NCBI GenBank assembly: GCA_965178125.1
Contig: OZ237752.1
Span: 806,001-870,000, forward strand
DNA length: 64,000 bases
Direction of reading: 5' to 3'
Source of the DNA: Bilabrum cf. latius
Taxonomy: Eukaryota
The translations under genes and the position numbers were made by a program. Below, piece after piece: positions 1 to 12,500 of this stretch. Every line of letters begins with the position of its first letter. The first letter of the stretch is position 1. The notes under the pieces were generated by a model that was not told where the DNA came from, ran no database searches, and was given only the letters and a program-made list of their open reading frames with translations.

Positions 1-201
1 GACTTCCATCCCAATAACAAATTCAAGTACGCTGAAAATAGGCAATGAAAATCCAAACCACCATAAGATGGATTTCTTCTAATATCTGCACGTTACAAAG
101 CTGGTGTGATGACCAGATTCAAACGGATATCAAAATGACCGCCCAGACGTCGCTTTTATCGGTATCTTGACTAATTGATGCATAGCCATCCTAATTAAAG
201 T

Positions 202-3200
202 ATGAATCATGATGATGGTACTTCTAGAAGGTCGATAGACCGCAGTGATGGACCTCTATCTTCCGAGTCTTTTCGAGAGTTCGTAGATAGAACCGAGTCT
301 GGAGCACCGTACGTGGTTTTGAATCGTATCGGAGAAGGAAGCTTTGGCAGGGTGTATCGTGGGAGACGAAAGGGGACCGGCCAAATCGTCGCGTTGAAAT
401 TCATCCCCAAGAAAGATCGAACTGCCAAGGACTTGGATGCGCTGCGCACCGAGATAGACATTCTGCGTCGGCTGGAACATCCCAACATAATTAGGATGCT
501 AGATGCCTACGAAACTCCAAGAGAATTTTGTGTTGTGACTGAGTATGCCCCGGGCGAACTGTTTCGCATTCTGCAAGATGACAAGTCTTTGCCGCTGGAG
601 GTTGTGCGAAGCGTGGCCGCGCAGCTCTGCAGGGCTCTGTCTTACTTGCACGACCACAGAATCATCCACCGCGACATGAAACCTCAAAATGTCCTTATTG
701 GCGCCAACGGTAGGGTGAAACTGTGCGACTTCGGATTCGCCAGGGCCATGAGTCTCAAGACTCTCGTGCTCACCTCCATCAAGGGCACGCCGCTGTACAT
801 GGCCCCTGAGCTCGTTCGGGAGCAGCCGTACGACCACATGACGGACGTGTGGGCGCTTGGCGTTATCCTGTATGAGCTATTCGTGGGCGATCCGCCGTAC
901 TACACCGACAGCATATACCGCTTGGTTCAGCTTATCGTCAAGGAGCCTGTGCGGTTTCCGAGCAGCTGCCCCGCCGAGTTCCGGTCTTTCCTCGGTCGCA
1001 TGCTCGTGAAAAATCCGCGCGGGCGGGCAGTGTGGCCTGAGCTTCTCTCCCACCCGTTCATCGATGGAGCGGTCAGGGCGCTGGACGAGGAGGACAGGCG
1101 GGTCGAGCGAGGCCTTGGGGGCGCAGAGGGCCAGGGGAGTGTGAGTGTGGGTGCAGATGGTGATCTATCGGACGGGTCAAGCCAGTTGAAGGGTAAAACT
1201 TCCCGAGTTCACGCGCTCTGCGCCCCTCAGACCCGCCTGGCTTGGTTTCTAGATCTGCACAGATCAGGCAAACTCGACCTGCACGATGGACCTGGCATTG
1301 CCTCCGGATCTCTGAGCAAGGAGGTCTGGGAGGATGACAAGCTAATCATCGTCCCGCTGCGAGATGTGCTACGGCAGCCAGTGGCCCGTCCACATGGAGA
1401 CGCACCGGGCGATGGTGCTGGTGCTGGTGCTGGTGCTGGTGCTGGTGCTGGTGCTGGTGCTGGTGCTGGTGCTGGTGCTGGTGCTGGTGCTGGTGCTGGT
1501 GCTGGTGCTGGTGCTGGTGCTGATGCTGGTGCTGGTGCTGGCGCCCAGGCAGGCCCGCCCTCCCCACCTTCGTCACCGTTTGGACATGAGATGAACTCGA
1601 ACGGTGATTCGTTGCACAGTATGGAAGACACTAAGGCGCCAGAGTTGCCGCTAGAACGCGCGAATGAAGGCGCTTTGGGTACCTCAGAATCGCGCGGGAG
1701 CCCAACTGCAACGGAGGCGGCGCGTGAAGATGCAATTGATGGATCGCGTGATGGATCTGGATCTGGATACTAGACCTCTGTGGAGGCTCGTAGCAGGTTT
1801 GAAGGCACTGGTGAAGGCAAGTTGGGGGACTCTGACTCGGATGGTGCTGCTGAAGATGATGATGACGAAGAACAGCAAGCGCTGCCTAGAACCGCCGATC
1901 GAGAGCAGCACGCTGTCGCTTCTGAGCAGGTGGAGGGTGGCGCGCTGACTCCAACACGCTCGGCTGTGAAAGCACCAGCAGGTGCCGGTGCTCTCGAGGC
2001 CGGCCTGATCAGCCCCGTGGGTCCTCGCGAGCGCGGGGGGCTTCATAATGAGTCTGGGGTGAGCGAGACGGGCGTTGGGCAAGCGAGGTCACTTGCAGCG
2101 GCGCTGGCTGGAACCGGTGTCGGTGCAGAAGAAACAGGAGCGTATCGCGATGGTGGTGATACAACAGGCGAGAGGCAAGATGCCCTTGATTCGAAGGGCG
2201 TCTCGAGGTTGAGAGAGTCAATTGATGAGCTGGGCTGGGGCGGGTCCTTTGAGGAGAGAGAGGGCGAGATGCCGCTGTCTCCTTTTCGGCCCGATAAGCA
2301 AGAGGCAAGCGAAGCGCAGCACGGTGCCGATAGCTCGGCATTAAACCTGACTGGAAACCGTTATGCTGGTCGCGCGTCCCAACAAGTAGCCAAACTGCCA
2401 AGCGAAAGCGCAATGGATGCAGCGGCCCGTGACTCGGAAAGTGCGCCACTGTAGCCGAAGCTGCACTCCCCTCCCCGGGTGCCGAGGCAAGAAAAGCAGC
2501 CTGCTGGTAGCCCCAGGGGTCCGGCAAGGCCCGCCGTAGACGTGGACGCTGGCTAGGCAGATGTTAGGGCGGCTATTTCAGCTCTGTCTGGATCCGGCTA
2601 CTTCGATGATACGCCCAGAGGCAAGTCAGAGTCACGGGATGCGGCGAAGGCTGGAGGTGCGAGGACAGGCGGGTCTAACGCAGAATCCACTGCAGCTCCT
2701 GATGCATTGGCTGGGGATATCCGCGAATCTGTAGGATCTACGAGCCTTTCGAAGACACTGCTCGTCGACGCGAGGCCCTTGGATGAGCGCACACCAACCG
2801 GTGGCTTTGGTAGAACACAACCGGGGCCGGCTTCGAGCCAGCCGGCGAGCAAGTCGGTAGAGCCCGCTTCGAGCGATCATGGCTCTCCTGATGCTGGTAG
2901 TGCCAGGAAGAGCTCACCTCTGAACGCCTTCGAGTGGATTGGAAGCAGCGTTGGCGGACCGGTAGCTGCTGGTACCACCGGCCGCCTAGCGACTCTTGAG
3001 CAGTTTGCGAGAGGGACGGGCGCGGTGCATCTACATTCTTCGGAGCAACTAGCCCCGCATGATGTGTGGGATGCTTTGCTACTGTCAGTTCCGACGGATT
3101 GGCTGGGGGACTAGCAATCCGGGTGTCTACCTGCCTTGGCGGCCGCGCATGGTTCGGCAGTAGAGCGCTTGGTGTCTGGGCGTGGACAAGCCCGACAGCT

Positions 3201-5397
3201 TGCGCAAGCCATGGAGCAGTTCCTCCGGTTGCCTCCGTCTTCACCTGTGTTTTCTTTGGCCCTGCTCTCTTCGATGCGCGCTGGGCTTATGCTCGTGTTT
3301 CTCGTTTACGGCAGCGACCCGCTGCCTGGGCAATTTAGCTCCCACCTAGGCGACGTGGTTCAACGATCTCAGGCTGTGCTACGGGAGCTTGCAGCCAAGG
3401 GTGGGGCGTTTGAGGACGAAAGACACGCGCACTTTGTTGCCCTTGCGCTGGCGTTTAGCTCGGCTGCCCTGGCTGTCCATGACGCGGCTGCAGCTGCGAG
3501 CACTGGTGTCCTGCCACCGTCCACTGGAGTGTTGTCAGCTACTATGGTGTTGCAAGCAACGAAAATACGAAGCAGTGTCATGAGCAAGAGCAGTGGCACC
3601 ACTGGTGGATTGCTGCTGTTGTCGCCAGCGCAATCCACCGGAATCCAGGCTGCATTGCGTGGGCTATCAGCGGGTCGCTCGGGGCCAGTCCATGCCGCAG
3701 TAGTGTCCTTGGCCAGTATGTCTGACTCCGCAAGAGATGTGGAGAGTGGGTTACACCTCCTGCCTGCTTTGTTGCGCGCACCACATGCGGATTCCAGCTT
3801 GAATTACAGGAGAATGCGCGATTGGCAAGCAGCAGCGGCGCGCAGATTTGCGGAGTCCGTTTGGGTGCGGGAGTCCATGGCAGCCACAATTATCGGCGGT
3901 ATCGGTCCAACCGCCAAAGTTGTTTTGTAGGCTTGCGCAGAGTGGTCAACAGCTATCGGAGGGGATGCGTGGGATGATGTTATCGCTATGAGCGTGCCAA
4001 GGCAAGATACAGGAGCCTAGATGTTCCTGCAGTGCATGCGAGTGCTTGCACCTGTGTCCTTGGCAGTGCACACCAGCGCAATGAAAGCAATGCGGAAATA
4101 CGGCGGCAGGAGGGGCCTGTCGGCATGCATTGAAGCCCTACTTGTTGCTGGCCGCGCTCTTGGTGTTGCTTGGGCCGTGCACTCGCGTGCCCGCACCCAA
4201 GGGGGCGCTGATGCAGCTAGTGCGGCTGGTGAGACTGGCGATGTTGCACTCGCTGCGGTGCTTGACGAGTCGCGGGTCGCCGTGGTATCTCTGTGCAGGG
4301 CCAGGGACTCCCTCGCAGCAGAAGTGGCTGCGAGCACCCGCTCAATTGCAGAGGCCGCCGCCGCCTAGTCTTCATTGGTCGATCCTGCAGTCATGGGCCT
4401 GATTCGGAGCGGACTGGTGGCCCTGATTGCGTGTGGAGCACTTGTGCTTGCTTCGAGGACTCCGGCGCCTCGGCCCGTGTCCCGACCTGCAGGACCTGGA
4501 ATTCCCGGTGCCAACACGAGCGACGAGGTGGCTGCAGGGAACCGGCAGCTGGGTCTATCGCCTCCAGGGACCGGCGAGTCGCACGCTTCCAAGGTCGTGG
4601 GCGCGCTGGCAAGCGCGGCGAAGAAATCGGCCCAGGTCTCCAGCGTGATTCTCGGCCCAGAGTCAGCGAGGGCCGCGCCTTCCACGCTCTCCTAGCAGTG
4701 CGCAGCTGTTGCGGCGATTGGCATTCGCGGCCCGTCGCCGTCTCTGTCTGCAAAGATGTCGTATCTTGTCGGGAATATCTGCAGGCACCACGTTCGGGCG
4801 GTGAGCTGGATTGCGCGCAGTTCCGTCTCCTCGCCAACAAAATCGGCCGTGGACGACCGCGACAGCATTGCTACTGCCCTGTGCCACGCTGCGATGCACG
4901 GCTAGACAGACTCCAAGCGAATGGCAATGTATGCGATCGGGAATGCTGCGTACCAAGGGCCCGGAATGAACTCGACTCTCGATCGGTCGGGCTGCCTGCA
5001 GGCGCTCCTCCGTGCATGCAACCCCCGGAGCCCGTCGCCGGGTGGAGGTGCCTTTGACGAGCGGGCCGCTGCGAACGCCGCAGGTGCCGTCGGGAATTTG
5101 GCGCGTCACGATGCCTCTATGGTAGGCAGGATGATCGAGACCCGAGCGCATGAACTGCTGCTGTCTGTCTGCAGGAGAGCAGTGGGGTCAGCAGCAGTGG
5201 CCGAAATGCCAGCTTATGTACTGAACTGCCTGTTTTCGCTCGGCACTCTACTTGTTCACGACTCAATCCGTCGGGTTGTTCTTGAGTCCAACCCTGGTAT
5301 TGTTGCAGAGCTCAATGGGTGGATAGGAGCAGCTGGCAAACGTGGGGTTGCTTGGGATCGGTACGTGCAGCGAGCGCTAGGGCGATTTGGGCAGTAA
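202..5397 (+). CDS. STK36: Fused/STK36 (TIO-like) Ser/Thr kinase with C-terminal ARM/HEAT repeats, ~1730 aa, read through multiple TAG codons
   Basis: N-terminal kinase ([40 protein letters not shown]). ORF pieces at 202, 1780, 2707, 3136, 4021, 4375 and 4921 share one frame and are separated by TAG. The C-terminus has Fused-type motifs ([22 protein letters not shown]). Ends at TAA 5395-5397. Confidence 0.9.
1413..1540 (+). repeat. (GGTGCT)n coding microsatellite encoding a Gly-Ala run in the STK36 linker
   Basis: About 21 near-perfect hexamer copies with one GAT variant. Confidence 0.95.
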
Positions 5398-5399
5398 TT

Positions 5400-5461
5400 G
5401 CGCTGGATAGGACTGATGCGTGTTTTAAAGGCGCTGGATAGGACTGATGCGTGTTTTAAAG
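5400..5461. repeat. Perfect 31-bp tandem duplication between convergent STK36 and NFXL1 ends
   Basis: GCGCTGGATAGGACTGATGCGTGTTTTAAAG occurs twice in tandem. Confidence 0.9.
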
Positions 5462-5528
5462 GCTATCGGTCAAACGTGTCGAGAACCTACTTGTGCTGTT
5501 GTTTTGACCATAACTCATTCATCATGGA

Positions 5529-8500
5529 TCATCCCAACTGCGTGGCCCACCAGACACTGACAGCCGCAATGAGGATGGCGATTAGAGCCGCAACCGCAAT
5601 CGAGACGCCGTCTCTCGAGGCCCACCCCTGGGCTTGCTCAACGTTCCTGCCTGCACCTTCCTCATTGCCCTACATCGCAGCTTGCTGCCTCTGCGCCTCG
5701 GCCTCAAGCTCTCGCCGGGCAGCCTCTTCCTTCAGCCGCTGCTTTTGCTTCTTACTCGTTTTGGCAGGCCCTGCTTGGGCTGCCGCATCGTCCGCCTCTT
5801 TATCACGCTATGCCTGCTCCTGAGCCGCGGCTTTAGCTTTTTCGCACTCCTTGTCGCATGCCAGCAAAGAAAGTCTGGTCGGATCGATGATGCCCTGTGC
5901 TGCGCGCATCGTTATGGCTCGCTCGCAGGCCGATTCCTCTGACAACCGCCCGCACGGGCACTTGAGCTGCACCCGCACCTGACAGCTTTGCTGGCCGCTG
6001 GCTGCATCGCCTGCTGCAGGGCACGGTCCGTGGTGGCACCGAGCTTGGCACCTATGAGTGCAGAAAGGAAGCCGCTTGCTGCATACCCTGTCGCACGTTG
6101 CGCCTGGCAGAGAAAGCCATTGCATACTGGTGGGCTGGGCAGCGGTAGCTGCGCCAGCGGGGGCAGGTGCGCGAAGGTGCTGCAAGGCCTAGTTATGCAA
6201 CACGGCATCAGCAAAACCACCTTCGTAGCCATTCCACTGAAGTACGCGCGCTACTTCGCCCCATGCGCGCCCTTGCAGCTGTTTCCGCCGACTTCCTGCC
6301 CCTGATGACGCTGTGGACACACTGGAATCCACATCTCCAAGATACTCTTGGATTGCTGCTTCAACTCCCCGAGCCGGATCACCGCTTGCTCCACCGATGG
6401 CTTGCTGTGACGGCAAAATAATGACCTGTGGGTCAATGCGCAGCGTACCTACTGGTGCCAATACGTCATTTTCAATACCCAGGGCCGCCTATGCAATGCT
6501 GCTGGCGTCACCCTTTGAATCAGAGCTCCCGCTACTTGAGTGTTTAGCAGCAACAGCTAGTATCGACCGGATGGCAGCCTAGTGAAGCTCGGTGCAGGTA
6601 AGCCTGACACTTGCAGAGCCACAGGCACACCTTGACTCGATTGCGATTCGGCAAGGCGGGCAGCTCCCTGCGTGGCACAGGCCTCCAGGCCGCTGTGCAC
6701 ACCTGTGCCCGCATGGCCTCCGCGTGTTGCACTGCAATTGGCACGGCCCACACGGGGCTGGCAGTTTGTCCTCGCCTAGTTTGCTGAGAGCATGGCATTT
6801 CCGTGTGCATTTGTGCTTGCCGCAGCCCAGCATGTTTCCGCATGGTTCGTCGCAAGAGAACAGGGCAGGCATGCAGCATGGCTAGTTTCTGCGAGTGTGG
6901 CCGCCCACGCACGTCCGTTCAACCTCGACCTTGCAGGGCGGGCAAGCGTCCGGGTGATGACACGGCAACGTGCAAGGATGCTTGCACTTGTCGTGTAGCA
7001 ACCCGCATGGCTGCGTGCAGCGAGGGCATGGTCCGAAGTGGCAGCTGTGCATCTGGGGCTTCTCGTGGTGGCAGTCCGGCGTTTTCGTGCACGGTCTCAT
7101 GCAAGTAGGCGGCTTCGTATCTGCGCCGTCTCCGCAAGGCAACTCAACCACCTCGGACCCGCACGCGCACGTCACTACGTCAACTTCTCTGCACGGGAGG
7201 CAGGGCCCGTCATGGCAGAATGCGTCGCAGCGATGCTGGCCGCATGAGAGCATCCGGCCGCAGGCTCGCCTGCAGGGCCTGCACTGCTTGCCTCCGCAGC
7301 AGCGCTTTCTGCACACGTGTCCTGCCCTACCGCACGACAGCTGCCTCCCGCACACCTTGGCGCATTGAAAGGGCTCCGCCTCGCTGCATGGACGCATCGC
7401 TTCCGTAGCTCCGCACTGGCACGTGCGTTTCCTGCGCTCTGGACACGGCCCACAGCTGCCAGCATGGCCGCATTTCAGCTCGCATGAGTGTCGGCCACAT
7501 TCCAGTCGCTTCCCGCAAGTACCACCACAGCTTGGCTAGGATGCATCGCACGGCAGGTCGGGGAAGGAGTTGGCGCCGCAGCCGCAGGTGACTGGCTTGC
7601 CTCGCATCGGGCATGGCATGTGCTTCCCGTCGCAGCAAATCCTACTGCATTTGTGCCTTCCGCATGCAGCGACGTGGGCGCACCTCGTAGCACATGTGAA
7701 CACGGAGTCGCAACAGTCTACCGCTCGGGAAACTGAACCGCAGCGGCACGTCGCATGCACTGCCTCGCGGCAGGGAAGGCAGTGCGCATGGCATGGCTGC
7801 GAGCACCGGTGGCTGCACTCCCGACTCCTGACGATCCAGCGCCCGTCCTTTGCGCTCTCTAGAAGCATTTCCTGCAGGGTATGGAAATCCTGGCTCCAGC
7901 TATTTTGCTGCGTCGCGAAATCTGCGGCCACGTCCGGATGCACCGGCTCTCCATCTACCATCGGCACCAGCACAAAGTCCGTTGAACGCATGTGCCCCAA
8001 GGCTGGGTCGCTCGTTTTTGATTCAGAATGTCCGCCAGATCGGCTTGAGGCAGCCCCAGCCCCAGACGCTGCTGCACTGCCAAGCCCATGGGAAACGTCG
8101 TCCTCCTCGTCCTCATCCTCGTCCCAGTCATCGCGCATCGATCGCATGGCGGATTCCAGCTGCTCCTACAACTCTGGGTGCTGCCTCACCGCTTGCGAGA
8201 CGGCGCCACCGGGAAGCGGAGCGCACACCGACCCATGCTCCTTCTCGCCAGTGCCGACGCCCTGGCAGTCTGCTCGCACCTAGATATCCACCCACCACTG
8301 CCTCAATGGCTTCCCGCAGGCAGTCCCACAGCTGATGCGCGGAGCCCCGCATCGTCTCACAGCCTGTACGCGTCCGCAATGGCACGATTGCCTGACGGTT
8401 TGCGGGCAGGGTCCGCAGGGCCCTCTGTGGCACTGCCCGGAGCAAAAGTGGGGACAGCCGGGCAGCTGCCTGCCGCAAACTCCGCCGCACGAGTGAGGTT

Positions 8501-9185
8501 CGCTGAATCCGTGCGGGGAGGGGTCGGCCTCCTTACCGCAGAAACAGCGGTATGTTCTCAGGTCGGTTTCTACGGGATACATGCAGCCGCATGCGCTGTT
8601 TGGGCAGTCCCACACGAGGCCGCCCCCAGCACCCGCTGCCTTGGACAACCTCGTACCAACGTGTTTCCGTGCCCACCCTTGCATACAACTAAGATGTGCT
8701 AGCCCGAAGCACCCCTCCGAACACTGCCATGTACTGTCTGCTGCTGAAACTGGCTTGCCGCATGCGATGCAATCATTGCCCAGATGCAACGGCGGCCGAA
8801 GCCTCCTATCGTACGCATCAGCAGTGCGATTAACACGGTGCTTGATAGCGCTATGGGATACTTGATTTGCACCAACAACATCCGCATCATCGATGGCTCC
8901 ACCTTTGCCCCGGAGGACGCGCCCGCTTCGAGGTTTAGCAGCAGCTGCAACTGTGCTTGCGGAGCTTGTCTCGCGACTAAGTGTCACAGGATCATGGCTA
9001 GACCGTGTATCATGTTTTCCACTGGATCCGGGTGGCTGGCCTGTTCCATGACCCGAGACTTCCCCGCGCCCTCGACCTCGTCCAAATGCAGCCAAAATTG
9101 AAGCTGTTTCTTGCTCATGGGATCCTTGAAGCTTTCTCCGGCCTCGGCCTCGCCCGCCACTAAACACACCAGACAAACTGTCCAT
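5529..9185 (-). CDS. NFXL1: NFXL1/NFX1-type zinc-finger protein with RING-like domain, coiled coil and C-terminal TM anchor, ~1220 aa
   Basis: N-terminal CIAC...WQC...HLSCMQGW...WDCP, YRCFCGK, PHSCG and many C-x3-C-H-x-G-x-C-x-P-C NFX1 repeats. C-terminal hydrophobic segment VSIAVAALIAILIAAVSVWW. Same-frame fragments joined across TAG; ends at TGA 5529-5531. Confidence 0.87.
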
Positions 9186-9520
9186 TAAAAATCTATCAAA
9201 CCAGCATGCGATTAGCCGTAATATTGCTTTGAAAACGACTTGCACTTGTTCGTTTAGATGCACGCAACAAAGCGTACCAATACCAGACACTCGAGTAGGC
9301 CATATAAACAGAAATATAGTCGGCTGAGTTTGAGTTTTGGCCGTGTTGATCACGAGATTGTATAATTAGGGTATACTTACCTTGCTTGGGATACCTGAGA
9401 TTGTTTGTCAGCACATTGCTGGTATTCAGGACAGCCCGATTCGTTTGAATCTGCAATCAGACTTTGACTGCATTGCCTTCCCATCGCTTTGCGGGACAAT
9501 TTAGGTGGCTACCCGATATC

Positions 9521-12500
9521 ATGAGCGATAAAGCTACAGATGTATCACATGAGGGGCATGCTGCAAGACTCGGTTCACTTGGAAGCCTGAAGGTATCGCC
9601 TGGCCGTGCCGCTGCTGGCCCTCAGGTAGGTGCAGAGATTCACAATGGGCGAATATAGTCGCCTCCAAAGCAGCAAGTGGGCGCATTCATAGTACAAGAT
9701 GATGATGAAACACCCCAGAGACCTGGGGCGGCCGCAGACATGACAGCAGAAGCTGCACCTATTGCTGCGTCCAGCTCGGCCCGCGGCACGGAGCCGAATT
9801 CCACATCGTCTGGCGCGGCTGCTAGCTCTGGCCCGATGCCCGATAGTGATACACACGCATCGTCATCCTCCTCATCGCTGCCGGGCCGAGCTGACCTGGA
9901 GGCAGACGGTTCCGCGGAGGAGCTGCAGGAGCAACTTGAAGGGCTGAGGAGCCTCATGGCCCCTTTGCGAGCATCTCCAAGGAACGCAGGAGCACAGGGC
10001 AAAACTAGCCCCGTCGATCTGAAGGCCATTGTCAGTGGCCTGCTCGCTGCAGATGCCATCAGCGCCAGCGAGGTGCTGCCCAAGGAAGCGGTGCACGCAG
10101 TCGAGCACTGGGCTGGGCCTCGAGGCCGCGAATCAGCCGTCTCCTCTGCACCGCCTCTTCCTATCGAGACCGAACTGAGGCTGAAATGCGCGATATGCAA
10201 ACACGTTCCCCAGGATAAATTGCCTTGCCCGCTCAGGGACCTGGTGCTGTCGCCCCCACAGCCACAGCTGCACCTCACCTGCTCGCTGCTGCTGCTGCAG
10301 CTCAGGCAAGTGCTTGGCATCGCCGACGGAGACGCGCACGAAACTGGACAGCTCATCCTAGCCGAAGGGGAGGATCCCCTCGACGTTCCCTCCGATTATT
10401 CTTACTTTTCGTGGACAGGCCTGGACCCCGAGACGGGCGCAGGCATGGCGGACCCCCTGGCGCACGGACTGGGCCACGTGCTCGGCGAGGAGCAGGCGGC
10501 CGGTGTGATCGACCGAAGCATCGCCGCCTCTTCGAACCTGGCCATGCCGGCCCCACCGCAGTCTTCGTCTTTAGGATCCGCGTTTGGGATGCCACCTGGT
10601 CCTAGCGAGAGGTTGGCTGTCCACCCTGCAGGGCAATCGGGCGGACAGCCCAACCCTCCGGCAGGCCAGGCTGCCATGCAAGATGACGAGGATGAGGACG
10701 GGGAAGTGGGCCCGCAGCAAAACGGTGGGAAGGATGAGCAAACGTGTAATGCTGGTGATGCCATGGACCCTGCTGCGGAAGCCCTCGCCGTGCTGAAGCA
10801 GCAGCGGGGCGACAATGACGGTGACGAGAGCGCTGGCGATCAATCCGATGAGGAAGAGGGCGAGGATGGCCTGAAGCCGCCTGAAAACAGCCAGTCGCCA
10901 TACCCCTTGCAGCTGCCAGGGCCCGGAATGGGCTTGCCCCGCCCGGCAAGAAACGAGTGGACTTCCTCCCAGTGGGCCGTCGGGGCTTTCGCAGGGATAG
11001 GCCCGCCCAAAGGTGCGCATCGGGCGGGGCGGGCCGGGGCGCGAGCATCGCGGATGGAAGAGGACGATGCGATGGAGCCGCTGCAGGTGACGATCGGGGC
11101 TGGGACTGGCGCATCGGAGTACTTCGCGGTTGTGCCCCAGGGGCCCGTGGCCCCCCTGCTGCTGTGTGCAGCGTGGAGGGGCCAGCTTTCCCTGAACGGC
11201 TGGTAGCGCGAGTTTCTTCGTAGGTGCTTCTCGCCGCCTGAGCACCCCGGCTAGCGAGTCATTGAACTGACACGTGGTAACGGCAGCCTGGTGCACACGC
11301 GGTATGTGCCGCGCGTCTACAGCGACTTTGAGTCCCTGCTTGCCGAGGGCCGTCGGGGCAACGGCGAGCTCACTGAGAAGAGGCAAAGGGCAGCAGACGC
11401 CGCCAAAGAGACCACGTCTCTACGCAGTGAAATCCTTCGGCTGGAAGCCGAGGAGGAGGTTGCCAAGCAGAGAGCGGAGGGTGGTGATGAGGAGCATACC
11501 CCCGAGGCCGGAGGCAGTGGCGGTGATGGCAGCGAGGACAAAGCAGTCCCACAGGAGGATTTAGGCGGCAGCTCTGCTGCTTCTGGCAAGCAAATTGAGC
11601 AATCGGCAGTACCTATGGAAGACGGAAAGGACGCTTCGGATGAAGCCAGCTCTGGTGCGCAGCCTAGCGATACAGGAAGCAACCAGAGCAGCAAGCCGGA
11701 CGACCCAAAGGTCATCACCCAGCAGGGCGCGACCGCGGCTGCGGCAACTTTTTTGAGGTATTTTGCGGGTCCCAAGGATTCAAGTTCGGCCGGGACCCCC
11801 GAGAAGATCGACCCGGTCATCCGAAAGATCCGCACCATGCAAGTGCTCGGAACACACCACATTTTCCTGTGTGGCAGGTGGGTGGCGTGCGGCCTGGGCA
11901 AAGGCAACTTCTGCAGGAGATTCAGGGACGCGGGCTCATTACCAGGGCGCATGCTCTTTGCTCTGTACCTTGACTTGCAGGAGCTTGTGCTTCCTGGATC
12001 TCTTGAAGCAAGCGCGGATCGGTCAGTGCAGGAGGAATGCGAGGGTGCCCGCAGGCGTGTGGAGAGGCAGGAAGGCAGGCGGGACGCGCTTCGACGGCGG
12101 CTAGAAAAGGTCAAGACCGCTCGTGAGCGCCGGCTCGACGAAGAGAAGCGGCGCAAGGAAGCGAAGGAAGCTGCCGAGAGGGCCGAGCAGGAGATGCGCG
12201 AAGCGGCAGCGAATGGGACGGACATCCCCGACGCGTTCCAGTGGCTGTCCTTCTGCGATCCAGTCAGGATCCGCATGATGCCGCCGAGCGTGAGGCGGCC
12301 GTTGCACGACGTGTCGTGGGACGAGGCCACGCCGTCTTCGCCGGATGCCGTGCAAGATCAGGACCAAGAGGAGGATCCACTGGAGAGTGCAGAGGAACGC
12401 AAGGAGCCAAAATCGCTTCATGTCGACGAGGTACCGGCCCAAGCCGCCATGTAGGATGAGGAGGGCGAAGATAGCGAGTTCATCTATGCCAGTACGCCTC

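Noticed and set aside
1346-1594. Poly-HQ and poly-VL ORFs
   Set aside because: Alternative-frame readings of the GGTGCT microsatellite.
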